The notes beneath the pieces were generated by a model, which worked only from the letters and a program-made list of their open reading frames with translations, did no database searches and was not told where the DNA came from. DNA of 64,000 bases, from positions 3,891 through 67,890 of the IMG/VR virus record IMGVR_UViG_3300001683_000028. The stretch is one strand, 5' to 3'. Source of the stretch: a virus. The position numbers and the translations under genes are program-made. Positions 9,143 through 19,173 of this stretch are shown in pieces (positions within the stretch are counted from its first letter, which is position 1; every line of letters begins with the position of its first letter).

Positions 9143-12100
9143 ATGTCTGTAGATAGCAGGAAGAAGCTGACCGCCTTTTATGACTCTGGAAAGGTTGTAG
9201 TTACAAGCGAGTTTGTAAACTCAATGTTTGGCGGGCTGCATGGCACGTCTGCTGGGGATATTATCGCATCTGTAGACCCTGATGATCCAAGGATTATTGG
9301 GCACTTACACGATGGCACGCACGCGGACGGACGCGCGGGTAAGATAGATCTTAGCAATCACGTTCAGGGCAAGCTTGGTCATGTCAACCTTGGAGATGGC
9401 ACTGTAAGAGTAAATAATATTCAGTGCTATCCTGAGGCCCTAAAAGAAAATGCAATACCAGAATTTGTTGTAGACCCAGTGACTGGTGAGAAGTGTTATT
9501 ATCTAAATATTGAGCATACTGGAGAGGGTGGCGGAGATCCCACTGACCCTGCTGGAGAAGATACTGAGATTCAGTTTAATGATGTCGGGTCATTTGGCAC
9601 ACAGGGCGGTTTTGTATTCGAAAAAGAAGATTCTGATGGCCTAAGGAATGGGAAGATGGGCATCAATATTCAGAGGATGAAGCAGAATGAGCCGTTTGCT
9701 CTCTCAGTATATGGTGATGAGCAGATTTATTCGGATGCATTACTTGGTAATGAGGTTCCGATAGGCATTACGGGCGACGAGGCATGGCAATTTTATGTGT
9801 GGAGATTCATGCATGGAGGCTTTTCAGAGGCCGCCAGAGTTGATGAGAAGCTTTTAAAGTATAGTGCGACACATGATGCCGAGGCTCAGTTGGAGCAGCT
9901 TGTGTTCTTTAGGGATGAGAATCAAGCTTTTGCTCTTGAGCATTTTGAATATTGGGACAGCGTTATGGAGGATCGCCGGGACGAATTCATTGCCCATAAT
10001 GGAGAACTATACCCCGGAAACACAGTTGCGGAGATTGGACCGGGTGGAGACGGGCTTTACCCCAGATATAATATGGGCCCAAATATCGAGCTTGATAGCT
10101 ATCTTGTGGAAACAATGCTTTTGACGGATTTAGATCCCGAAGATTTTTGGGGCTCACTGGAAGTATGCTTTGATTCGTGGATTGAATATAATAATGAAGT
10201 AGTTAAATTCTTTCACATAAATGAGGATAATTGGTCCTATGATGATGCTAAAGCCCTTTATAACCCCTTTGGCGGGGGGCTGAGCTTTCTCGAAACCAAG
10301 GTTCGGTGGGCCTGGCTCGTAGAATATCAAAAAGCATATGGTCTTTTATCCAGAGCTATAGCTATAAACAAAAGGTTAGAAGAAAGAATATCTTTTATTG
10401 AAAGTAACTCTATCGCCTATGGAACGGCGTGGATGTGCATGGGGACGAACCACCCGTCCGGGGATCAAAAGCCTTATCCGAGCAGATGGTATAAGTATTC
10501 GTATACTATATCTGAATCTTCCGGACAGCCAAATGCTTATATTGCACCAGGCATAGATTTTTATCCATGGGGCAAACTCGGCCAGGGAGCGGGAGGCATT
10601 ATGGGCAACGGAGTTGCTCCGAATGCGCTCGATGGAGGAACGGCCCTTCACACGGCGACCTACTTTGATGCAAAGTGCCGCCCCTTGAGTGAGGATAATT
10701 TTTTGTCGAATATAGAGGTTCCATTGGAAACATCTGTAGGGGAGCATTTTGTCTACTTTAGAACAAGAAAGAGTTTTGATTATGTTACTCTAGATGAAGC
10801 TCGTTTTGCGATTATTGTGGAGCCAACATCAAATAATGATCAACTCTCAATAGAGAGCCATAAACTAGAGGAGCTTTTGGATGGAGACTTGCATGTCTTT
10901 GGCCTAATAACAGGGGGCGGAGATAAGGGCATAAGAATTCATCAGGAAGATAGTGGAGAGGGAAATCTAAGGATCGGAATAAATTTAGATAAAAACGAAA
11001 TGCCGGAAGCAGAACTGCATATAAGGGGGGAGTCTGGGAGGTGCTCTCCCATGCTCGACGGTCACCAATCCACCCCATTAATTATCGAAGATATTCCGAA
11101 GTGTGATTGGGATTTCGGGGATCCGAAGCCTGATCTTAGGGGGGTTCTATTGGTTAATGAGGATGGTCATGTCTTTGTTAATGAAGGGATTCAGTGTCAA
11201 TCAGTAGATAATATTGTTGCCGCTGCCTTAGCCGCTGGAGCGGGCGGTGGGCTGGCCATGGCGGCAGGTTGGAATGAGGGAGAGATAACGTTTGCTGATG
11301 CTGCTGGTAATCTTGGCAGAAATGAGGCTGTTTCTTGGAATGTAGACGAAAATGATCCAGTCTTTAGACTTATGAATATGCTTGCATCAGATGCTGTGGG
11401 ATCTAGAGAGTCTTCTATTGTAATGAGAGGGCTTGCATCAGATTCAGCAGAGCATGATCTTGCGTCTATAAGCGCCTCTGCCGCAACTCCCTTTGCCGTC
11501 GCCCCTAATGGCCGACTTATATTTAGCACTAATGACGGGACGGCATTAGAAGATGTTTTTATAATTGATCATAATGGGTGGGTCCGCATTTCAAATGGAG
11601 CAGGAGCATCTGTATCTATGCCTGCCAGAAGGCTTCATATAGAACATGATAATGCAGCCGAGCCGCCTTTAAGAATTCAAACAGTGCCAGAGGGGCCTGG
11701 TGATACTTTGCTAATTGATAGCTCTGGCGATGTGTGGAAGTCGGCTTCCATGATGCATGATTCATCGGGGTTGGTTGGAATTTTAGGAGGCATTGTAGCT
11801 GCTCCTGTAAGAAGGCTTCATATAGAGCATGATAACGCAACCGAGCCGCCTTTAAGAATCGAAACAGTGCCAACTGGAGTTGGTGATAATTTATTGATTG
11901 ATAGCGCGGGTGATGTGTGGAGGTCTTCCAGCGGGGCGCGATTTGTAACCGCTAGGGTTGACGTAACCTTAACGGCAGGAATCGAAGAGGGCTCTCCGGT
12001 TGTTATAAACTCATATTCTGCAGGATTAATTAATGTTGTTCGATATGGAGAGGGAAGTGTGGCGACTGCGTCTGGAACAGATCCCGTGTTTGGAATAGCA

Positions 12101-12457
12101 ACTACGGATGCAAATGCTGGTGATGAAATTATTATACAAACATATGGAGTCTGTACTAATGCTAACGTGAGAACCTTCGGGGTTAATCCGGCTGCTGCGG
12201 TTCCGCCCGGGACTCCTCTAGTTGCTCATTCTGCTACCGATTGGGCAGGCTATACTCCTGCCATTACTGCTGACCCAATTTGGGCAGCGCCTTCCATGTC
12301 TGGAAGTGGCAGTATTATGGTTCCACAAAATGTTTCATTTATTGGATACCTTCTAGAAGAGATAAGTGCTTCAGATAATGATAATAACCTCCCAGGATGG
12401 GAAGGCGTAGGGTTTACTGATACCTCAAGTAAGGCCATCTTTATACAGCCGGGATGA
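9143..12457 (+). CDS. mosaic virion fibre/decoration-like protein
   Basis: HLHDG (HxH) motif, PAGEDTEIQFND fibre-type repeat, GIN..P..LHI beta-repeats, internal duplication, cement-like C-terminal segment (FGIATTDANAGDEIIIQTYG). Confidence 0.55.
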   Translation: MSVDSRKKLTAFYDSGKVVVTSEFVNSMFGGLHGTSAGDIIASVDPDDPRIIGHLHDGTHADGRAGKIDLSNHVQGKLGHVNLGDGTVRVNNIQCYPEALKENAIPEFVVDPVTGEKCYYLNIEHTGEGGGDPTDPAGEDTEIQFNDVGSFGTQGGFVFEKEDSDGLRNGKMGINIQRMKQNEPFALSVYGDEQIYSDALLGNEVPIGITGDEAWQFYVWRFMHGGFSEAARVDEKLLKYSATHDAEAQLEQLVFFRDENQAFALEHFEYWDSVMEDRRDEFIAHNGELYPGNTVAEIGPGGDGLYPRYNMGPNIELDSYLVETMLLTDLDPEDFWGSLEVCFDSWIEYNNEVVKFFHINEDNWSYDDAKALYNPFGGGLSFLETKVRWAWLVEYQKAYGLLSRAIAINKRLEERISFIESNSIAYGTAWMCMGTNHPSGDQKPYPSRWYKYSYTISESSGQPNAYIAPGIDFYPWGKLGQGAGGIMGNGVAPNALDGGTALHTATYFDAKCRPLSEDNFLSNIEVPLETSVGEHFVYFRTRKSFDYVTLDEARFAIIVEPTSNNDQLSIESHKLEELLDGDLHVFGLITGGGDKGIRIHQEDSGEGNLRIGINLDKNEMPEAELHIRGESGRCSPMLDGHQSTPLIIEDIPKCDWDFGDPKPDLRGVLLVNEDGHVFVNEGIQCQSVDNIVAAALAAGAGGGLAMAAGWNEGEITFADAAGNLGRNEAVSWNVDENDPVFRLMNMLASDAVGSRESSIVMRGLASDSAEHDLASISASAATPFAVAPNGRLIFSTNDGTALEDVFIIDHNGWVRISNGAGASVSMPARRLHIEHDNAAEPPLRIQTVPEGPGDTLLIDSSGDVWKSASMMHDSSGLVGILGGIVAAPVRRLHIEHDNATEPPLRIETVPTGVGDNLLIDSAGDVWRSSSGARFVTARVDVTLTAGIEEGSPVVINSYSAGLINVVRYGEGSVATASGTDPVFGIATTDANAGDEIIIQTYGVCTNANVRTFGVNPAAAVPPGTPLVAHSATDWAGYTPAITADPIWAAPSMSGSGSIMVPQNVSFIGYLLEEISASDNDNNLPGWEGVGFTDTSSKAIFIQPG
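11627..11920 (+). repeat. intragenic direct repeat (~111 bp, period 183 bp)
   Basis: RRLHIEHDNA.EPPLRI.TVP.G.GD.LLIDS.GDVW encoded twice (11627-11737, 11810-11920). Confidence 0.9.
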
Positions 12458-12463
12458 TAAGGT

Positions 12464-12784
12464 TTGAATATAAATGTTAATCTCGGTTGCAATGGGAATG
12501 TTGGGCAAGATAGGTTTTGCTATTGCAATTCTGTTGAAAATGTAATTTTAGATGTTTCAAGTGTTTTGCCAAAAGAACAGGAAAAGTTATTGGACTTTCT
12601 AGATGATACTTGTGCTCTTTTTAATGAGCCTTGCTATGATTACTCTAAGATTGTAAATATAATTAAAATATTATACAAAACGTTTGAGCTAATAGATCCT
12701 AATATGCTTGAATCAATTCAAGGCTTTATAAGAATGCATAGAAGCTGCGGACTTATACTTAGACTTAAAGAGGATAAAGAATGA
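12464..12784 (+). CDS. hypothetical Cys-containing protein
   Basis: TTG start in the gene string; C..CYC..HRSC residues. Confidence 0.5.
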   Translation: MNINVNLGCNGNVGQDRFCYCNSVENVILDVSSVLPKEQEKLLDFLDDTCALFNEPCYDYSKIVNIIKILYKTFELIDPNMLESIQGFIRMHRSCGLILRLKEDKE

Positions 12785-13131
12785 ATGATAAAATAAATGT
12801 GCCAAAAAATAATCGTTATGTTGACTCGAAAAAGAGAGATGCGCAAAGAAAAGTTGAGAATGCTTTTTCGGAATATAAAAAGATACTTGAAGATAAAACT
12901 CATCCAGATAATCAGACCGAAGGATATAAGAATAATGTAATTTCTATATTAAATAGGCTGCTGGTTGCTGCGGACGAGATGGACTCAGAAAATCCAGGTG
13001 AAGGAATATTTGGCTTAATAGTCTTGTCTCTTAGATCTAATTTAAAATTAAGAGATGAGATAATAAAGTCTAATGTAGAAATAAGAGATCTTAGGGTAGA
13101 GATAAATAGACTAAAGAAGATGAAGCAGTGA
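12781..13131 (+). CDS. hypothetical protein
   Basis: Overlapping start/stop with both neighbours. Confidence 0.6.
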   Translation: MNDKINVPKNNRYVDSKKRDAQRKVENAFSEYKKILEDKTHPDNQTEGYKNNVISILNRLLVAADEMDSENPGEGIFGLIVLSLRSNLKLRDEIIKSNVEIRDLRVEINRLKKMKQ

Positions 13132-13370
13132 AGAGTAAAGAAGAAATCATAAGTCATTTAATCAAAAAGATTAGGGATGTCTCCGAAGAAAGAAGGGGGC
13201 TTGGAGTATGGTGCAAGAAAGTTTTAATTGACCCAGAGCAAGATCGTGCCTATATTGCGATTGTGGCGTATAGGCTAGCTTTAGTTGAATTATTAGATGA
13301 AATAAAGGGCGGTAAAAATGAGCGGTTATTCGGAGAAAATAAGTCTTTTTCAGCCAAGAGGAGGAGCTAA
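13128..13370 (+). CDS. hypothetical protein
   Basis: GTG start coupled to the upstream stop. Confidence 0.5.
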   Translation: MKSKEEIISHLIKKIRDVSEERRGLGVWCKKVLIDPEQDRAYIAIVAYRLALVELLDEIKGGKNERLFGENKSFSAKRRS

Positions 13371-14418
13371 GTTATTTGCTCTATTAAAGTCATTCGGAAT
13401 TAATTGCGATTCCATTGATATGGAGAGTAAGAAATTTTTCGATGTTTATGATCTAAAGTTATCAAGAGGAGTTAGATCCTCAAAAATAGAACGAGTTTTG
13501 GTAGATATTGGGATCTCAATGTCAGCATTATCAAAGCCTATTGGTTATCCGGTATTAAAGGATGGGATCTACAGAATAGAGATTCAAACAAGAGAGTTTG
13601 AGTCCCCATCTTTAATGAGCGTGTGTGATAGCTTCCCAAGTAATTATTACGCCCCAATTGCAATTGGAATGGATGATTCTGGAGAATATTTTCATGCTGA
13701 TTTAAACTCGATACCAAACCTACTTATAGGCGGGGTTCCAGGGGCTGGGAAGAGCATGCTTCTTCATAGCATGATTATATCATTAATTAAGTCTGGAGTT
13801 GAACTTTATCTAATAGACCCAAAGATGGTTGAGTTTGTGTCATATGAGGGCGCTAGAAACGTTCGTGGAATTTATAATTCTGTAGAAGAAACAGAGGCTG
13901 CAATTGAATGTCTTAGGCAGGAAATGGAGTCAAGATTTAAATTGCTTAGAAAAAGCTCTACTAGAAATGTTATAGAGTATAATAAAAAGAAGAAATCGAA
14001 GCTTAGACCAATAGTGCTCGTTATTGATGAGTGGGCAGATATCGTTCTTCAGTCGAGCGGAATACATAAGTTATTATGCTCCGTGGCGCAAAAGGGAAGG
14101 GCTGCAGGAATTTCAATTATTTTAGCAACACAACGGCCATCAGCGAAGGTTATTTCTGGACTGGTAAAGGCAAACTTTCCAGGCAGAATTGCCCTGCAAG
14201 TAGCGTCGGCTACAGATAGTCGTATTATTTTAGATTGCAAAGGTGCGGAAGATTTGGTAGAAGTTGGAACGGGACTATATCTTGATGGAAGATCAGCAAA
14301 GCCAAAGATGTTTAGAGCACCATTTCTGAGAGATATAGACGAGGAGCTAGAAGCTTTTTCTATTGAAACAAATAAGAAAGACTCTTTTTGGAGAAGGATT
14401 CTTTTTAATGGGTTATAG
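13318..14418 (+). CDS. ftsK: FtsK/SpoIIIE-like DNA translocase motor domain (no TM or gamma domain)
   Basis: PNLLIGGVPGAGKS, LIDPKMVEF, VIDEWAD, GRAAGI..LATQRPS, DSRIILD..GAEDL. Confidence 0.9.
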   Translation: MSGYSEKISLFQPRGGAKLFALLKSFGINCDSIDMESKKFFDVYDLKLSRGVRSSKIERVLVDIGISMSALSKPIGYPVLKDGIYRIEIQTREFESPSLMSVCDSFPSNYYAPIAIGMDDSGEYFHADLNSIPNLLIGGVPGAGKSMLLHSMIISLIKSGVELYLIDPKMVEFVSYEGARNVRGIYNSVEETEAAIECLRQEMESRFKLLRKSSTRNVIEYNKKKKSKLRPIVLVIDEWADIVLQSSGIHKLLCSVAQKGRAAGISIILATQRPSAKVISGLVKANFPGRIALQVASATDSRIILDCKGAEDLVEVGTGLYLDGRSAKPKMFRAPFLRDIDEELEAFSIETNKKDSFWRRILFNGL

Positions 14419-14941
14419 AAAGTCTGACATAATTAGTGGAGTCTCCATAGAAAGTGTTGCTGAACTGCTAAGGATAAAGCTTGAGTCAGTGTCTACTGGA
14501 AATTTTACAGCAAGATGCAAGTGTCCTGGCCTAGACCATAAGAATGGTTCGGAAAGAACTGGTTCACTATACATTGATACTATTAGAAATAATTATTTTT
14601 GCTATGGGTGTAACTCTAGTCATAATCAGATAGACTTCTATATATTGGCTACTGGGTGTGATTTTCTAGGAGCATTAGAGGCTCTTGGCCCATTGATTGA
14701 CCCAGATAAAGTTGGTGCACCGACAGAATCTAAAAAAACAAATTTTAGCATACTTATGGAAATCTCTAAATATATAAGGATGATAATACTAAAGAATAAA
14801 AATGATATTAAATGGATTATGAAGCTACAGAAAAATGTCGATACCTCGATAAACAGTATTGACAGGTTTGACGTTAAAAAAACTAGCTTATTATTAGAGA
14901 AAATTAAGAGAGTGTGCAGAGAAAGGTATCGTAATAAATGA
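14408..14941 (+). CDS. stand-alone CHC2 zinc-binding domain (primase N-terminal-like)
   Basis: CPGLDH...ERTGSLYI....YFCYGC....IDF followed by a helical tail; no TOPRIM domain. Confidence 0.75.
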   Translation: MGYRKSDIISGVSIESVAELLRIKLESVSTGNFTARCKCPGLDHKNGSERTGSLYIDTIRNNYFCYGCNSSHNQIDFYILATGCDFLGALEALGPLIDPDKVGAPTESKKTNFSILMEISKYIRMIILKNKNDIKWIMKLQKNVDTSINSIDRFDVKKTSLLLEKIKRVCRERYRNK

Positions 14942-16110
14942 GAGCGATAATATGTGGAGATGCTCATATCGGAGCAGTCTTTGGTCTCGGCGGACCAAAT
15001 GGATCGGGAGGCAACACTAGAGTTGACGACTATTCTGAGAGCCTTAATTATATTATAGATTACGCCATAAGTTCTGGCGCGGAAATTTTTATACAGACAG
15101 GTGATTTGTTTGAAAGCAGAAATCCTGCTCCCGAATATATATCTGTTGCGAATAAGGCCCTCCGAAGACTTTCGGATGCAAATATTGCAACATTTGTAAT
15201 AATGGGCAATCATGATTACATTAGGGGCGATGGAGGTTTCACTAGTGCAATATCTGGAATGGCAGCTAGTGAGTATCCTAATGTTAGAATGATATTGGAT
15301 CCAGAAGTTGTTACTTTTAAAAACTCTAAAAATGAGGCTGCAAATATTATATTATTGCCCTTTAGAGATAGAAAGATGTATACGGATTTTGGGAAAACAT
15401 GTAGAGACCAATCGCATGCATATAACTCTGAAATAAAGAATATAATAACTTTAATAAATAATGATCATCCAACGCTTTCAATCGGCCATAATTTCTTTTA
15501 TGAAGGAAGCTATAATGATTATGGCGGGTCGGAACTTATGGTTGACCCAGACGCATTTGTTGGTACAGATCTGGCGATAATGGGGCACGTACATTCCTTT
15601 TCTGTATTAAGAAAAAAGTCTCCAGTATGTGTTTACTCTGGAAGTATGGAGAGAACAAACTTTGGTGATGCAAACATAGATAAATATTTTATCGATTATG
15701 ATATATCAGATAAGAAAATAAAGTTTAAGAAGACCCCAGTAAGAGATTTGGTGGATGGGCTGATCGATTTAACTGATGAGGATTTTTCAACCTGCAAAGA
15801 TTCACTAAAGACTCAGATAGAGTCATTAGAGGTTAGGGGCAAGATAGTAAGGGTTAAGATATCTGTGAAAGAAGCTGTTATGCCGGCTGTTGATAAAGCG
15901 TTCGTGCAAAAGTATTTGTATGATAATGGTGCGCATTTTGTTTCAAAGATTATAATAGAGCCTATTATAAATAGGGTCATTAGAGATAGCGAGATATTGA
16001 ATCACAATAATGATTACGAAATGTTTGAAGCGTTTATAGAATCTCAAACTTTTGATAAAAATGTTTTAAAAAGCATATTAAAAGAGGGAAGAAGGATAAT
16101 AGAGGATTAA
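14938..16110 (+). CDS. sbcD: SbcD/Mre11-like nuclease
   Basis: GDAHIG, TGDLF, MGNHD, GHVH and YSGS metallophosphoesterase motifs. Confidence 0.92.
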   Translation: MRAIICGDAHIGAVFGLGGPNGSGGNTRVDDYSESLNYIIDYAISSGAEIFIQTGDLFESRNPAPEYISVANKALRRLSDANIATFVIMGNHDYIRGDGGFTSAISGMAASEYPNVRMILDPEVVTFKNSKNEAANIILLPFRDRKMYTDFGKTCRDQSHAYNSEIKNIITLINNDHPTLSIGHNFFYEGSYNDYGGSELMVDPDAFVGTDLAIMGHVHSFSVLRKKSPVCVYSGSMERTNFGDANIDKYFIDYDISDKKIKFKKTPVRDLVDGLIDLTDEDFSTCKDSLKTQIESLEVRGKIVRVKISVKEAVMPAVDKAFVQKYLYDNGAHFVSKIIIEPIINRVIRDSEILNHNNDYEMFEAFIESQTFDKNVLKSILKEGRRIIED

Positions 16111-18215
16111 TGATTCCATTTAATATAAAAATAAAAAACTTTTATTCTCACAAGGATAGTGAAATAGATTTTTCACAATTTAATTCGGTACTCCTAATAG
16201 GCAATACTGAGGGGGATTATGGGAAAAGCAATGGAAGTGGTAAAAGCGCCATATTAGAGTCTATTTTATGGTGCCTGTTCAATAAGTCTAGAACACCTAT
16301 GATGAACGACATAATAAGGTGGGGAGAGACAAGTTGTTCTGTTGAATTGGAGTTTGATCATGATGATACAAGATATAAGATCCTTAGAACAAGAAATAGA
16401 AAAAACTCAACATCTACAGTTGAATTTTCATACTTAAATAAGCTCAGTGATTGGAGTGATTTATCTGGCTCAACATCTGGTATAACAAACGATACAATAG
16501 AGAAGATAATAAAATTAGATTATAAGACATTTATAAATTCAATTTATTTTAGACAAAATGACATATCTGAGTTTGCTGAGGCAGACCCCGCCAAGAAGAA
16601 GGAGATATTAAAATCTATAATAGATATATCTAGATGGGACGAGTATGAAAAAGCAGCAAAAAAGATGGGCAAGGATATATCTACAGAGTGCAAAATATTG
16701 GAAGCGTCAATTAGCAGCTATGATGAAACAGAATCTAGTCTTATAGAGAGCGAAAAATCTTTAAAAAATAAGACTATTAATCTAAATAAGCTAAAGTCAG
16801 ATAGAGCGATAATAATCGAGAAGTTAGACAAGATCTCTATGGAGTATGAGGCGAGAAAGAAATCACTTGATACGGACAATTATGATAATACAGTTGAGGA
16901 AATTGAGCATCTGAGATTAGAGGCGGAGAAGATATCAACATTATTAAGCGAGATTGATATAAAAATATCTGATGAAAAGAGTACTCTAGATGTCTTTTGG
17001 AGTGATCTCAATATAAAGATTGAGTCAATATCAAAGATTGAAGTCTCTGAAGGTATTGATGAAAAGATGAAAAGCATTCAAGATGGAATAACCGAAGCGT
17101 CTTCAACTTCCGCGTCCGCAAGAAGCCTGCTGGCTTTACTGTCGGATATACATATAATTCATGGCGAATGTTATATTTGCAGCCAAGATATTGACAACAA
17201 TCTTTATACCAGACTAAAGGATGGCCATGGCAAAAAGATTGAAATGCACAAAGCAGAGCTTGATCGTTCAGAATTTGTCCTAAAGAAGCTAAAAAAAGAT
17301 TTAAAAAATGCAAAGATACTAAGAGAAAATACAATTAAAGTTTCGAGTGTTGAGTTCGAAATCGAATCTTTGAGAGCAAAAATTGAAGCACGATCTGATG
17401 TGCTGGAGTCGCGCAATGTGATGCGAGAGGGTATTTCAAAGAAATTTTTTTCAAAAAAGACAAAGCTTGCAGCGTCAGAGGAAATTCTTGAGTCTCTTAA
17501 GGATCCTAGCTTTAAAAGTTTGCAAAAGAAAATACATTCTTTAAAGATAGAGAGAGATAGGGTGTCAGCAAGTGTTATATCGGAGGCAAAAGAAATAGGA
17601 TCCCTAACAGAAAGAACATCTGCTTTTAGAGGGACTCTTTCTGAGATGAAGTCCAAGAAGAAGGAGCTAACTAAAAAGAGGAAAAGAGCTGTAGTTCTTG
17701 AAAAGCTAACCAGAATGCTTGGAAAGAGTGGAATCCAAACCATTCTTTTGGATGGGATTATAGACGACCTTGAATCAACAGCAAATAGGATTCTTGGATC
17801 AATCGCAAATGAGCCAATTTTGATTACACTAGAGACGCAGAGGCTTGGATCAGACGGAGTCTCTGTTCTAGAGACGTTAGATCTGAAAATAAGAAAAGAT
17901 GGAAACCTTCAGGATTTTAAGTCACTAAGTGGAGGTGAGAAGTTTAGGATATCTCTTGCTCTTAGGGTTGCTTTGAGCGATTTATCTTCAAGATATGGAG
18001 GGGCCTCTTTGGAGTTTTTGCTGCTAGATGAAGTTAACTCTCCGCTAGATAGGTATGGGGTTGAGACATTATTCGTTAATGTAATTAAATCGCTTGAGGC
18101 ATCGTATAAAATTATGGTAATAACACATGATGAAACTCTTAAGGAGAAATTTGATAATGTAATTGATGTTACAAAAGTAAATGGAGAGAGTCAGATAGAG
18201 TTTGTTGCTAGATAG
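16110..18215 (+). CDS. sbcC: SbcC/Rad50-like ATPase
   Basis: NGSGKS, Q-loop FRQ, zinc hook CYIC within coiled coil, LSGGE, LLLDE, ITHD. Confidence 0.92.
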   Translation: MIPFNIKIKNFYSHKDSEIDFSQFNSVLLIGNTEGDYGKSNGSGKSAILESILWCLFNKSRTPMMNDIIRWGETSCSVELEFDHDDTRYKILRTRNRKNSTSTVEFSYLNKLSDWSDLSGSTSGITNDTIEKIIKLDYKTFINSIYFRQNDISEFAEADPAKKKEILKSIIDISRWDEYEKAAKKMGKDISTECKILEASISSYDETESSLIESEKSLKNKTINLNKLKSDRAIIIEKLDKISMEYEARKKSLDTDNYDNTVEEIEHLRLEAEKISTLLSEIDIKISDEKSTLDVFWSDLNIKIESISKIEVSEGIDEKMKSIQDGITEASSTSASARSLLALLSDIHIIHGECYICSQDIDNNLYTRLKDGHGKKIEMHKAELDRSEFVLKKLKKDLKNAKILRENTIKVSSVEFEIESLRAKIEARSDVLESRNVMREGISKKFFSKKTKLAASEEILESLKDPSFKSLQKKIHSLKIERDRVSASVISEAKEIGSLTERTSAFRGTLSEMKSKKKELTKKRKRAVVLEKLTRMLGKSGIQTILLDGIIDDLESTANRILGSIANEPILITLETQRLGSDGVSVLETLDLKIRKDGNLQDFKSLSGGEKFRISLALRVALSDLSSRYGGASLEFLLLDEVNSPLDRYGVETLFVNVIKSLEASYKIMVITHDETLKEKFDNVIDVTKVNGESQIEFVAR

Positions 18216-18216
18216 T

Positions 18217-18226
18217 CTATTAATTT
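18217..18226 (+). promoter_or_regulatory. YTAYTAATW motif
   Basis: CTATTAATTT 2 nt after the sbcC stop, followed by TATAAT. Confidence 0.55.
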
Positions 18227-18239
18227 TAATATAATATTT

Positions 18240-19148
18240 ATGTCCATTAGTATAGAAATATTAGAATCCGAAAATCAGATTATATCTGGAGTTCCAGAGA
18301 CGGTATCAATAGTGCCAATTGATAATCTCGTGCTCTATTACTCTTTAGATGGCGAGGACCCAGGCTCAGAATCGTTACTAGTCGATGGGCCGATCAATAT
18401 GCCTACAGATGGCGTTTCTGTTGAATTAAGAGTTGTTGGGCTTAAGCTAGACCCTGAGTCGGGGGAGCTGGTTGTGGCGACAGATATTTTCGGAAAAAAA
18501 TATTCTCCAGACCCTTACTCGAATAGCAAGTCTAGGCACTCATATGATGGAGTTATTGTTATTCCGTATGGAGAAGACTTAGTTGACAGCTTGTCACTAT
18601 TAACGGACGGAGAAGCGGCGCAGGGCAGTGCTGTGGAGTTAAAGGAGCTTGAGATAAAAGCGTCTACTAGTTCAAGAACTGGGGGCAAAATACCTAATGA
18701 TTCTACGATTGAGTTTATTAGAAAGCCTATTGCGGCAGGCTCAATATCAGATGATAGGAAGACTTCTTTTGTAAATAGCGCTGACTTTAACCCCAAGGCT
18801 AGTGTGATAGAGATTGATGGAAGAACCCAACAAGATCGGGATTCGCAGGTTGTAAGAATAGTTAATAGAAGTTATAATAGTATTGATCCAACTTCTAATT
18901 TTTATAGTGAAAACTGGAAGAGAAATGAGCAAGTAATTACGGGGAACTTGGTTAGAAGTATTTATAATAATAATACTGGAGTGATTGTTTTCTACTATTG
19001 GGAGAGCAAAGAGTCTAAGTGGCTTACGTCAATACAGAATATTGGAGCAAGAGACCCGTATAATATATCTGGATCTGGCCCATCTGGTCGGGGCAATAGG
19101 TTTGTTTATAGGTGGATACAGGAGAGGGCATTCACAAGAATTTTTTAG
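18240..19148 (+). CDS. hypothetical protein with an N-terminal Fn3-associated/chitobiase-C-like segment; possibly virion
   Basis: LYYSLDGEDP motif; preceded by the candidate late promoter. Confidence 0.5.
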   Translation: MSISIEILESENQIISGVPETVSIVPIDNLVLYYSLDGEDPGSESLLVDGPINMPTDGVSVELRVVGLKLDPESGELVVATDIFGKKYSPDPYSNSKSRHSYDGVIVIPYGEDLVDSLSLLTDGEAAQGSAVELKELEIKASTSSRTGGKIPNDSTIEFIRKPIAAGSISDDRKTSFVNSADFNPKASVIEIDGRTQQDRDSQVVRIVNRSYNSIDPTSNFYSENWKRNEQVITGNLVRSIYNNNTGVIVFYYWESKESKWLTSIQNIGARDPYNISGSGPSGRGNRFVYRWIQERAFTRIF

Positions 19149-19173
19149 TTTAAGTTTGATTTAAGGGAAGTTT

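Noticed and set aside
16773-16782. CTATTAATC inside sbcC as another promoter-motif copy
   Set aside because: It is intragenic, mismatches the W position and has no nearby downstream start; probably a chance match in AT-rich sequence.
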